From a virus (Duplodnaviria > Caudoviricetes): a stretch of 64,000 nucleotides of DNA. Of the stretch, positions 28,388-36,445 are shown piece by piece. Within the stretch, counting starts at the first letter, position 1, and every line of letters starts with the position of its first letter. The stretch spans positions 41,176-105,175 of the IMG/VR virus record IMGVR_UViG_2816332336_000005; one strand, given 5' to 3'. The translations under genes were made by a program, and so were the position numbers. The notes under the pieces were generated by a model. It worked only from the letters and a program-made list of their open reading frames with translations. It was not told the DNA's origin and did no database searches.

Positions 28388-28444
28388 TTAATGACCCGCA
28401 TCGTCTAGCCAACCGGGGTCAAAAATCCAATCTGGTTCCGTCAT
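28388..28444 (-). CDS. Mini-peptide 3: MTEPDWIFDPGWLDDAGH (18 aa)
   Basis: GAGGAGG RBS; manual translation. Confidence 0.82.
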   Translation of the reverse strand: MTEPDWIFDPGWLDDAGH

Positions 28445-28462
28445 AGAAAATCCCTCCTCGGT

Positions 28463-28501
28463 TTAATGACCGGGATCATAGTGCCATTCTGGATTAGTCA
28501 T
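28463..28501 (-). CDS. Mini-peptide 2: MTNPEWHYDPGH (12 aa)
   Basis: TAAGGAGGT RBS; manual translation. Confidence 0.8.
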   Translation of the reverse strand: MTNPEWHYDPGH

Positions 28502-28522
28502 GTCGTGTAACCTCCTTAAATA

Positions 28523-28621
28523 CTAATGCCCCGGGTTGTCGGTCCACTTCGGTCCTGCGTCCCAATTAGGGTCTGTGCAGCATTTCCACTCCGGAAAGCT
28601 CTCGAAAACTATTTTCATCAT
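28523..28621 (-). CDS. Mini-peptide 1: MMKIVFESFPEWKCCTDPNWDAGPKWTDNPGH (32 aa)
   Basis: AAGGAGGTG RBS; manual translation. Confidence 0.82.
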   Translation of the reverse strand: MMKIVFESFPEWKCCTDPNWDAGPKWTDNPGH

Positions 28622-28642
28622 ATCCACCTCCTTGCCTACATC

Positions 28643-28670
28643 TTTCGACAAGAAGATTTCTAATTCCTTC
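28643..28670 (-). promoter_or_regulatory. Sigma-H-type promoter for the mini-peptide cassette
   Basis: GAAGGAATT-N12-GTCGAAA versus sigma-H consensus RNAGGAWWW-N11/12-RNNGAAT. Confidence 0.6.
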
Positions 28671-28680
28671 CAAACGTGCA

Positions 28681-28706
28681 AAAAGCCGCCGGTTTTCCGA
28701 CGACTA
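28681..28706 (-). terminator. Terminator after hydrophobic peptide B
   Basis: AGTCGTCGG-AAAA-CCGGCGGCT stem then TTTT. Confidence 0.7.
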
Positions 28707-28790
28707 ATTGCGTTTCTTCACGGCTTGTACCAACGCGGTGATCGAGATGACCAACGCTATCACCGCGATTACCAATGTAATAGTTTCCAC
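28704..28790 (-). CDS. Small hydrophobic peptide B (28 aa, METITLVIAVIALVISITALVQAVKKRN), type I toxin-like
   Basis: GGAGG RBS, GTG start, single TM plus basic tail. Confidence 0.7.
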   Translation of the reverse strand: METITLVIAVIALVISITALVQAVKKRN

Positions 28791-28806
28791 GGTTCCGACG
28801 CCTCCG

Positions 28807-28835
28807 TTGACTATAGAGTATATCGAGGGTATGAT
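28807..28835 (+). promoter_or_regulatory. Sigma-A promoter for an antisense sRNA
   Basis: TTGACT-N17-TATGAT. Confidence 0.75.
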
Positions 28836-28841
28836 TGGAAT

Positions 28842-28929
28842 AAGATGATAGGGAAGGAAGGAAGCCGATAAGCTTCCGACCCTCTGATGCGCGACCTCTT
28901 ACGCCACGAACGTAAGGGGTCTTTACTTT
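28842..28929 (+). ncRNA. Putative antitoxin/antisense sRNA
   Basis: Promoter upstream; internal hairpin GGAAGC-CGATAA-GCTTCC; terminator GACCTCTTACG...CGTAAGGGGTC-TTT; no credible ORF; antisense to the mRNA between the two hydrophobic peptides. Confidence 0.6.
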
Positions 28930-29024
28930 AGGTTTCGGCTGTTTTGCCTGCCATTGCGATAATTAACTACCGCAGTTGCCAAGTTCACCAGCGCAGTCAC
29001 CAGTAGTACGACCTCTACCATCAT
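28923..29024 (-). CDS. Small hydrophobic peptide A (33 aa, MMVEVVLLVTALVNLATAVVNYRNGRQNSRNLK), type I toxin-like
   Basis: AAGGAGG RBS; TM helix plus basic tail; upstream TTGATA-N17-TATCCT promoter. Confidence 0.72.
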   Translation of the reverse strand: MMVEVVLLVTALVNLATAVVNYRNGRQNSRNLK

Positions 29025-29167
29025 CCGTCCTCCTTCTCATTTATTGGAAGGTATGGAAATCACACCCTCTACAAGAAGGATATCATGATACTCCTATAGT
29101 ATCAATAACTTTCTGAAGCTTCTGCCGTTCTAAAGTTTTTGCTATTATGTTTGTGGAGGTGTTCGCG

Positions 29168-29380
29168 TTGCAAATCCGGGTAAAACTTGACGCTATCTTA
29201 AAAGAACGTGGGATCACTCAACGAGAGTTCTCCCGCATGACAAATATTCGATTCCCTACCATAAACGGCATGTGTAAAAATGAGACTCAGCGTTTGCAAC
29301 TCGATAACCTTGCGAAGATATGCGAAGTGCTTGGCGTTGAGATTACGGATGTACTCGAGCTTGTGGATGAACGTCTCTAG
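29168..29380 (+). CDS. Cro/C1-type HTH protein (HTH_26-like)
   Basis: LKERGITQREFSRMTNIRFPTINGMC...LAKICEVLGVEITDVLE. Confidence 0.85.
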   Translation: MQIRVKLDAILKERGITQREFSRMTNIRFPTINGMCKNETQRLQLDNLAKICEVLGVEITDVLELVDERL

Positions 29381-29416
29381 CATGCATAGATACGAAACCT
29401 CCCAAAACGAACCCCC

Positions 29417-29869
29417 TTACGCAATAAAATAGCTCTTGACTTCGCTCGCCTTTATGTCCCTTGCGTACTGTTCTTGTCTCGCCTTATTGCGTATCTTAGC
29501 GTTGTTATCTACGAATTGCATTTCGTAAGGGCTGCGTCTTCTGCGCGAAGGTTTCCGGTAAGAGATTCCGTCCGTCCCTGTATCCTCTACTATTTTAAGC
29601 GAGGTCTCACCGCCCATACCGGAACCTCGTCGCTTGTGTTTTCCGAGTGTTCGGCGGGCGTATTGTGTCGCGGATAGAATCGGATATTCATGGTGGGTCA
29701 TTTTATGTTCGTCATCATCCGTGAGCTCTTCGTAGAGTATCGCGTCTGCTAGGCGTTCAAGCTCGCCGGAGTCTGGCCTATTATCCGTACGTAGGATTAC
29801 TTCATCTATCCACTCGCAAATAGCTGCTATTCGGTCGGTTCGTTCCATTTTTACCCATTCCATCATCAT
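29417..29869 (-). CDS. Conserved phage hypothetical protein
   Basis: LERLADAILYEEL...EYPILS motif; coupled to the sigma region-4 gene. Confidence 0.6.
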   Translation of the reverse strand: MMMEWVKMERTDRIAAICEWIDEVILRTDNRPDSGELERLADAILYEELTDDDEHKMTHHEYPILSATQYARRTLGKHKRRGSGMGGETSLKIVEDTGTDGISYRKPSRRRRSPYEMQFVDNNAKIRNKARQEQYARDIKASEVKSYFIA

Positions 29870-30234
29870 GCTGCCTCCTCACCGTAATTCCATATCTCAT
29901 AGACCTTCGCTATTCGTTCCAATCCATTTCTTACGCGTAATCCGGCTTTTTGAGGGCTGATGCCCATAGCCTTTCCCGTCTCAACAGTGTCTAACTCCCG
30001 TTCATAAACGTAATACAACGCCTCACGCTCCCGATCTGTCAGCCCCGCCCGTTCGATCGCCTCCGCCAGATCAATCAACACGTCACACGCCGCGTAGTCG
30101 CCCCGTTCGAACCGGCTGGCCCGTAAATGGTGGATGTCGCGTAGGATTGCGTGTACGCCGTCGCGGTCATTTAACGCATACCTTACGGAAAGATTGCGGT
30201 GTCCCTTTTCGATATCTACGGCACATGCGCCCAT
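29866..30234 (-). CDS. Sigma-70 region-4-like HTH regulator (possible late-gene activator)
   Basis: AGLTDREREALYYVY...GKAMGIS...GLERIA; last regulator before the packaging module. Confidence 0.75.
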   Translation of the reverse strand: MGACAVDIEKGHRNLSVRYALNDRDGVHAILRDIHHLRASRFERGDYAACDVLIDLAEAIERAGLTDREREALYYVYERELDTVETGKAMGISPQKAGLRVRNGLERIAKVYEIWNYGEEAA

Positions 30235-31451
30235 TAAGCCGCCTCCTTTATCGTATTCCCCTCGTAATACCCCGCTACAATCCGATCCGCCCATCCGAAG
30301 TCCCACGTACTATTACCGTCAATCTCCTCGCCCGCGCCGAGTGTCAGTTCGTTCCACCGGTAAGGTCCGTCGGCATACGTTCGGGCCCCGTCTCTGTATC
30401 CATCACAGTAACCGTTACCGTGCGAGAAGAAAAACGCCTCGTTACCCTTGCCGCTCCCGTGCCAACTCGGAATATGCGGGTACAAGTTCTCGCGCATCAG
30501 ACCATCATCCGTAAAGTCCACGAGCAGATCGTCCAGTTGTGCCGCCTCAGTTCGTTGCCCTTTCGCATCCAACCCAATGTCCGTCACCACCGCGAAATAG
30601 GACGGAGGCTGTCCGGCTAGGAACCGCGCATCGTGTTGCGTAATAGCGACGTCTCCCCCACGCTTAAAGCTCGATCTCCATCGTTTAGTCGCGGGTTCAA
30701 TTAACGGAGTATCAGGTGGCCCCTTCCGTAATATCAATATCTGTGTTTCTATTGTCGTCCCTACGTGTTGGAACGTCTCGCCCGGCAGGTGGATCGTGGC
30801 AATATGCCAGCAAGTTTCGTGCATGTATTTACGGATTTTTGCGGAATACTGTGCGTACGAAATACCCATTGGTAGGACGAATGCAATATAACCGCCGGGC
30901 TTTACGGCTTTGATAGCGAGTTCGAGAAATACGTTCTCGGACTTACCGCGGTATTTGCCCTTCGACTTGGATAGCGTCGTAAAATCGTCACGTTCCGTCT
31001 CCAACGTCAGCCCATACGGTGGGTTACCAATGACTATATCGTAGTAGTCGCGTCTCTCATGTAGCAACGCGTCCGCATTGATCACGTTCACATGCGGGTA
31101 AATGAGCTTCGTCACCTTCGCACTCGTTTCGTCGAGCTCGAGCGCTGTAATTTCGCAATCCGGCGGAATGTGTTCGAGAAATACACCGGAGCCGGCTGAC
31201 GGTTCGAGGACACGCATACTGCTCGTTAGTCCACCAGACAATCCCGCAATCGCCTCGACCACGAACCGCGCTACGTGCGTCGGCGTAAAGAAAGCACCAC
31301 CGGAGAATGCGTTCGGTAAGAGACCGCCTGCCGACGTGTAGTTTTCGCGTAGGAACTGGACGTCTTCCTCCGTTATCTCTTCGGGTGGCTTCGCTACTAT
31401 CGCCATTGAGCGTACGTTACCTTCCCAACGTTTGCGGTCGGCTTTTCCCAA
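30234..31451 (-). CDS. N6-adenine DNA methyltransferase (orphan)
   Basis: FFTP, VLEPSAGSG (motif I) and IGNPPY (motif IV). Confidence 0.88.
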   Translation of the reverse strand: MGKADRKRWEGNVRSMAIVAKPPEEITEEDVQFLRENYTSAGGLLPNAFSGGAFFTPTHVARFVVEAIAGLSGGLTSSMRVLEPSAGSGVFLEHIPPDCEITALELDETSAKVTKLIYPHVNVINADALLHERRDYYDIVIGNPPYGLTLETERDDFTTLSKSKGKYRGKSENVFLELAIKAVKPGGYIAFVLPMGISYAQYSAKIRKYMHETCWHIATIHLPGETFQHVGTTIETQILILRKGPPDTPLIEPATKRWRSSFKRGGDVAITQHDARFLAGQPPSYFAVVTDIGLDAKGQRTEAAQLDDLLVDFTDDGLMRENLYPHIPSWHGSGKGNEAFFFSHGNGYCDGYRDGARTYADGPYRWNELTLGAGEEIDGNSTWDFGWADRIVAGYYEGNTIKEAA

Positions 31452-31591
31452 TTACACCGCCTCCTTCATTTCGCGTGTGAGATATGGTAATAAACGTCTG
31501 CCTATCGCGCTTATTAACGGTATTATCTTCCAATCCGCCGTCGAATGACGTATACTATCGTTAAATAACGTTAATGATCGGAGTGATTACT

Positions 31592-31981
31592 ATGTCTTTC
31601 GTTGCTCACAATTTTGCGGAGTCCCTCGAAGCTTACATTTCGGTAGACAAATTTAACCGTCTGTACCTATCGTCCGCACTCCGCAGTAAGCTCGGTATTG
31701 TGCCCGGCACGCCGTTCAAATGCCACGTGGGCTATGACCCGAAGACCGGCAATATCGGAATTGCACGTCCGGGCGAAGTCTCCGTTGATGACTCGGTACA
31801 GCCGGCTACATTCGACGGCAAACGTTACTACGCGGCCGTAGCTTCCTTTGTCCGTAAACATAACGTTCCTGTCGGCAAGTACCTGTATATCGAACGCTCC
31901 AACAACTGGTACGCGTTCCGTCACAAGGAGCAGGAAGAGCCCGCACCGTCTTCACCCAGACGTGGCCGTAAGAAATCGTAA
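31592..31981 (+). CDS. AbrB/MraZ-like swapped-hairpin protein, counter-oriented
   Basis: ISVDKFNRLYLSSALRSKLGI resembles the xVDxxGRxxxPxxxRxxLGI motif; basic C-terminal tail. Confidence 0.5.
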   Translation: MSFVAHNFAESLEAYISVDKFNRLYLSSALRSKLGIVPGTPFKCHVGYDPKTGNIGIARPGEVSVDDSVQPATFDGKRYYAAVASFVRKHNVPVGKYLYIERSNNWYAFRHKEQEEPAPSSPRRGRKKS

Positions 31982-32181
31982 GTAATCTCCGTTGAGGCGG
32001 CGTGACGGCCATCCGTGTAGCCAGCACGGTAGCCGTCCGCATATGCCTCGAGAACATACGCAGGCCAGTCGGGTACGAACGGGTCTATTTGACGATCAAC
32101 TTCACGATCTCGAATATCCAGATCATCATTGCAGACACAAGAAGTAAGAATTCGATCGGGTTCTCGTTTGCGAACTTCCAC
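31921..32181 (-). CDS. Hypothetical protein
   Basis: In-operon ORF with RBS. Confidence 0.45.
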   Translation of the reverse strand: MEVRKREPDRILTSCVCNDDLDIRDREVDRQIDPFVPDWPAYVLEAYADGYRAGYTDGRHAASTEITYDFLRPRLGEDGAGSSCSL

Positions 32182-32182
32182 A

Positions 32183-32968
32183 TCAAACCGCCTCCTCGTC
32201 GTAATTCAAAAAGCAACCGCAACCACCGATATCAGTCATATCTATTTCACGCTTCTTTTCGATATCTTCTCGTAATTCTCGGAGACTATACGGAGTCTTT
32301 ATACCATTTCGTTGTTTTCTTAATATAGTGACATCCTTGCCTAGATGCTGGCGAATTGCCTCCTCGTTAGATTCACACTCAGCAAACCGGTCTGGCATCT
32401 TCATCAACAGGTTAGCGAAGTGTCCTTGTCCAGCGCGACAGCAGAACCCACCACAATTATTATGAGTGAATCCCATTTCATACAGACGTGGACGCTTAAT
32501 ACCCAATGCTTCTAAGCTTTGTAACATTTGTTCTTTATCCAAGAAAGGCTCTTCTGTCATAGGGAATTTTATTGTGTAAGGCTTCCAATTTTCAATCGGC
32601 GCTATAGTCCGGTGCATTTCGGTCCAGTCTATACCAAGATAGATAGTACATTCATCAGGCGAAAAATTTTCCTCAACCCATTTTCGCGACATTTCTTGTT
32701 TGAGAACATGTGAGCAAGGAGCTCGACGGGAGTTACCGAGAAATCTTCGGTCGTGGTAAACTTCCCACGGTGTTCGCCCGTCTGCAATGCGCACAAATTC
32801 TACGCCCATTTCTCTAGTCGTCTCATCAAGGAACCGGTAAAGGTCCTCGTCCTCAATTAGAGTATCTGTAAAAAGTAAGATGATATCAGAGGCTCCGTAC
32901 TCCTGGATCACACGTTTAGCAGTCGCCCAACTCCCGATTCCGCCCGAATACATTACGATATGCTTCAA
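32183..32968 (-). CDS. PAPS-reductase-like / PP-loop protein with Cys motifs
   Basis: IVMYSGGIGS PP-loop, HNNCGGFCC and terminal GGCGC. Confidence 0.75.
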   Translation of the reverse strand: MKHIVMYSGGIGSWATAKRVIQEYGASDIILLFTDTLIEDEDLYRFLDETTREMGVEFVRIADGRTPWEVYHDRRFLGNSRRAPCSHVLKQEMSRKWVEENFSPDECTIYLGIDWTEMHRTIAPIENWKPYTIKFPMTEEPFLDKEQMLQSLEALGIKRPRLYEMGFTHNNCGGFCCRAGQGHFANLLMKMPDRFAECESNEEAIRQHLGKDVTILRKQRNGIKTPYSLRELREDIEKKREIDMTDIGGCGCFLNYDEEAV

Positions 32969-32969
32969 T

Positions 32970-33521
32970 TTACACCGCCTCCTTACGCTTAACATCCCGC
33001 ATCACCCAATCAATCTGCTCCCATAGGTCAAGGACTGATCCGTCATTGTACAAATCGTAGTCGACCTCGAACCAGTCGATATACTGTTCGGTCTCGTGGT
33101 GGAGATCAGCTTCCGTAAAGGTATCGCCAGCGTCCTCCATTCGTTTTAGTCGCGTCCCATCTTCGGCGTTAATTCGAATAATAATGAATCCTTCTTCGCG
33201 GAGCCGATCGTACTCATTCAATTGACGAAGGTCTGTGACCACTACGTCAAAGCCTTGTGCTCTATATACTTCACGCATGGTTCGTTTAATCCATACGTCG
33301 GGATCAATCGACCTCATCGCCTGCCCCACGCCTTGTAATAGCGCACGGGGCTTTTTGCCATTTGCGACTTGTTCGGGGAATAGCTCGTGACATATATGCT
33401 TGATGCCGTCACCGAATGCGTACGGTACGAAGTCGTAATGTTCGACTAGGTAGGCCGCAACCGTATCCTTGCCCGACCGCATTTTTCCGGTAAGCGCGAT
33501 TTTTACGTTAGGCAACGGCAA
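32970..33521 (-). CDS. Deoxynucleoside monophosphate kinase
   Basis: GKMRSGKDT P-loop; RALLQGVG, DPDVWI, TDLR..NE and HETE motifs. Confidence 0.85.
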   Translation of the reverse strand: MPLPNVKIALTGKMRSGKDTVAAYLVEHYDFVPYAFGDGIKHICHELFPEQVANGKKPRALLQGVGQAMRSIDPDVWIKRTMREVYRAQGFDVVVTDLRQLNEYDRLREEGFIIIRINAEDGTRLKRMEDAGDTFTEADLHHETEQYIDWFEVDYDLYNDGSVLDLWEQIDWVMRDVKRKEAV

Positions 33522-34731
33522 TCACCTCCGTTCCTTGGTCGCGGGAGTCGTCGATAATCTCTACGTCAGTAACGCTGACGTGCTGGTAATACCCGTCCTT
33601 ACTACGGTCTGCATCTGCTGTTCGCTTACCATAAACCTTAAGTTCCCCTACAGGATTACTTATGCCTTTCACATGACCGATATCTCCGACATCATAGTAG
33701 TGGCGAAAGAATTGTTTACCTACGATTACTACAACGTCTCCTACGCGTGCCTCCGTAGGCTGTGGTGCGTTCAAGTAATCCGAAGGCACATCGAGTCCCA
33801 ACGCACGACGTAGCGCAATAGCCTTGCCGATATGGGCGTTGAAGCAGTCGTCAGGCGAACACTTGGCGATTCCACGCCCATATATCCTTTCCGGGGTTAC
33901 TCCACCGCGAAGTAAGCAGACTACGGTTCTCTTTTCCCTGTTGACGATAAAATCTGCGGTCAATCCGAGTCCATTCCTGATGTAGATATCACCGCGTCCA
34001 CGTAGATGCGGATTCCTTACCTTGGACGTATCAGACCTTAGCTCCACCACGTCTGCCTTTGCACGTTCTACGACCTCATCACGAGACTTATTCGTCAGAA
34101 CTTCCGTCATCTTAGCCCGGGTCTCCTCGTTGTTAGGCGCACCCACGAATTTCGCCAGCTCCGCCTGTACACTGTCCACGATCGCTTTAAGGATTTCGGA
34201 AGGAGACGATGAGGCTACGTTGACGGTTAGGTTTACGGTGATGTTATTCGTGGTCGGTTCGTTTATAGGCGTTATAACTACGTATTCGCGATGGTAAATA
34301 AGCAAGTCATGTTCCTTTACGCGCACGCCGCCATACGACCTCCGTACTATCTCGACGGTCAGGACACTGCCGTTATCATACTGACTCCCAGTAATTTCTG
34401 CCGCGACGATTAGAATTCGTTCGCCGACCTTAGCCTCTCGCCTCTCTTCGCGGTAACGTACGCCATCAACGTGGATAATGTCGGTGGGTTCGAGGACTAA
34501 ATACTCGTCGTGAGTCATATTAAGTGTAGAGCCGTCATCCCACTTTCCGTCGACGTCTATAAAGCTAGACCCGTCTAACTCCGTAACTGTATAAACCTCG
34601 CCCTTTCTAAATTCGCCTAGCATCTCTTCCGCGATGATCTTTACTCGTTCACCAACGTTCGCCTTACGTTCAACCTCGCGATATTCACGCTTTACTCCGT
34701 TATCATCCGTCAAAATAGTTACGTTCGTCAT
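33508..34731 (-). CDS. Multi-SH3-like repeat protein
   Basis: Repeated YREVERKANVGERVKI / YREERREAKVGERILI modules; GIAKCSPDDCFNAHIGKAIALRRA domain. Confidence 0.65.
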   Translation of the reverse strand: MTNVTILTDDNGVKREYREVERKANVGERVKIIAEEMLGEFRKGEVYTVTELDGSSFIDVDGKWDDGSTLNMTHDEYLVLEPTDIIHVDGVRYREERREAKVGERILIVAAEITGSQYDNGSVLTVEIVRRSYGGVRVKEHDLLIYHREYVVITPINEPTTNNITVNLTVNVASSSPSEILKAIVDSVQAELAKFVGAPNNEETRAKMTEVLTNKSRDEVVERAKADVVELRSDTSKVRNPHLRGRGDIYIRNGLGLTADFIVNREKRTVVCLLRGGVTPERIYGRGIAKCSPDDCFNAHIGKAIALRRALGLDVPSDYLNAPQPTEARVGDVVVIVGKQFFRHYYDVGDIGHVKGISNPVGELKVYGKRTADADRSKDGYYQHVSVTDVEIIDDSRDQGTEVIAVA

Positions 34732-34758
34732 ATACCGATCACCCTCCGAAATTTTTAT

Positions 34759-35559
34759 TTAGGCTACGTCAAAGTACGGCGCTGTCCACGGCTCTGCTTT
34801 CGTAACCTCTCTACGTAATTGCTCGGCTAGTTCCGCAATCTCCCATTGAGCACCGCGCCCCTCTCGTCGTTTGCTGTAGAAGTCGAGCAAGGCCCGGAGA
34901 TTCGCGGTCATAACTAGATTAGTTGCGGCCGCGTTCGGGAGGATCATACGGGCATCTTCCGGCGGTACTCCTGCGCGACGTAGACGGTCGTATGTCGATT
35001 GGATGTCACGCATAGCCTCTTCGAACTCTTCGGTTGCGGTCACGTTACGGCAGATAGGCTCGCCAGTCGCCTCGTCAAACCCGGTTATCCGCCTAGTATC
35101 TGTTACCTTTCCGTTAAGAGAGGGCGGCACCACGTAATCAAATCCGCCAGTCTTATCGGAACTGCCCATCCGCACATACCGTTGCGATTGGACGGAGTAG
35201 CTAAAGCCGACCCGATGCCGTGTCAATTGCGCTAGGAGTACGCGGGATACGCCCTCGATCGCGAATGTAAACGTTAAATGTTCCATAGTAGACGTATGGC
35301 CCGATCGTGTGATGTGGCGGAACAGGCGGTCGGCTTCCGTACCGCCTTCGCCGTCGGACGCGGTCTGGCCGAAATACTTGCCGCCTTCGAGAACAACGAT
35401 TTCGGACGGCTTGTTGGCGGAATAACACGTTCTGATTGCGGTGAGGGCTACGGCTTGGCCGTCCGTAGGAACTCCGCCTTCCAACTCAACCTCCCACCAA
35501 AAATCGTCTGCGAGCGCGGTGTGAGCGATTAACTTCACGGACATTTGCGTTTCTGCCAT
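34759..35559 (-). CDS. thyX: Flavin-dependent thymidylate synthase
   Basis: GHTSTMEH, QLTRHR..SYSVQSQRY, EDAR..LP and AQWEI motifs. Confidence 0.95.
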   Translation of the reverse strand: MAETQMSVKLIAHTALADDFWWEVELEGGVPTDGQAVALTAIRTCYSANKPSEIVVLEGGKYFGQTASDGEGGTEADRLFRHITRSGHTSTMEHLTFTFAIEGVSRVLLAQLTRHRVGFSYSVQSQRYVRMGSSDKTGGFDYVVPPSLNGKVTDTRRITGFDEATGEPICRNVTATEEFEEAMRDIQSTYDRLRRAGVPPEDARMILPNAAATNLVMTANLRALLDFYSKRREGRGAQWEIAELAEQLRREVTKAEPWTAPYFDVA

Positions 35560-35750
35560 TAGCGTGCCTCCCTTAGTATCGCGAGTATAATCTCGGGGGA
35601 GATTTCGACTACTGCTCGGTTCTTCGCGTAAGACCCCCTAGTTAGAGAACGATCGGCCCATTTTCGGCTTGTATAAACTTTGTCCGATACAAGGCGCCCA
35701 GTGTCCGCATCAACTACGACAAAAGCACTTAAACTGGCAAGGTACCCCAT
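35559..35750 (-). CDS. Hypothetical protein
   Basis: Translationally coupled between dut and thyX. Confidence 0.55.
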   Translation of the reverse strand: MGYLASLSAFVVVDADTGRLVSDKVYTSRKWADRSLTRGSYAKNRAVVEISPEIILAILREAR

Positions 35751-36340
35751 TACACCGACACCCCCGTACTCCCAAAACCACCGGCTCCGCGTTCTGTCTC
35801 GCTTAATTCGTCCGCAACGATAAACTGCGCCTGCATTACCGGCAATATCAATCCTTGGGCAACACGATCACCTTTACGTATTAGGTACGTTTCTTCTGGA
35901 TAGTAGCGCCACAATTCGCCTCGGACTAGCTCGCCGGATATCGTCCGTAGACACCCAGTGATCGGATATTCGATTCGATAGTCGGTTTCAATCGTTTTGC
36001 CCTTTTCGTAGTCGTAATCGGAGTCATAGGCAATAAAAGGCTCTTTTTCCGCAATATTATCGAACATCATCGCGACTTCGCCCCGGTAATCACTGTCGAT
36101 AATACCGATACCGTTCGATTGCCGAAGCTCCGTGTTAAGAGCGATGCCCGACCGCATGCACACTAACACCACGAATCCCTCCGGTATTTCAAACGCGAGT
36201 CCTAACGGAACCTTTTTCGTCTCACCGGGCGAGATAGCTACGTCCTCAATCGCGACAAGATCGAAGCCGGCCGAGCCAGTCGTTGCGTACTGCGGAATTA
36301 CTGCGTCCGGGTGCAGACGTTTGATTTTTACGGGGATCAT
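35750..36340 (-). CDS. dut: Trimeric dUTPase with a ~50-aa insertion
   Basis: AGFDL, RSG, GIIDSDYRGE, GDRVAQ and RGAGGFGSTG motifs. Confidence 0.93.
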   Translation of the reverse strand: MIPVKIKRLHPDAVIPQYATTGSAGFDLVAIEDVAISPGETKKVPLGLAFEIPEGFVVLVCMRSGIALNTELRQSNGIGIIDSDYRGEVAMMFDNIAEKEPFIAYDSDYDYEKGKTIETDYRIEYPITGCLRTISGELVRGELWRYYPEETYLIRKGDRVAQGLILPVMQAQFIVADELSETERGAGGFGSTGVSV

Positions 36341-36445
36341 TCGGTGCCCTCCTCTAATTGAGCAATTTTTTAGAATATACAAATTTATCAATAATTGATA
36401 ACATAAATATCGGCAAAAAATTTTACATAAAAGGAGTCGTTTCTG

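Noticed and set aside
28128-28621. CRISPR array or DNA tandem repeat as an explanation of the peptide cassette
   Set aside because: No fixed nucleotide repeat or regular spacer; similarity is at the amino-acid level with synonymous divergence; no cas genes nearby.
28128-28621. Trp/His attenuator leader peptides or a classical RiPP cluster
   Set aside because: No amino-acid biosynthetic operon downstream, and no radical SAM, cyclase, protease or transporter gene nearby. Modification in trans cannot be excluded.
30234-31451. Complete restriction-modification system
   Set aside because: No adjacent restriction endonuclease or specificity subunit is recognisable.
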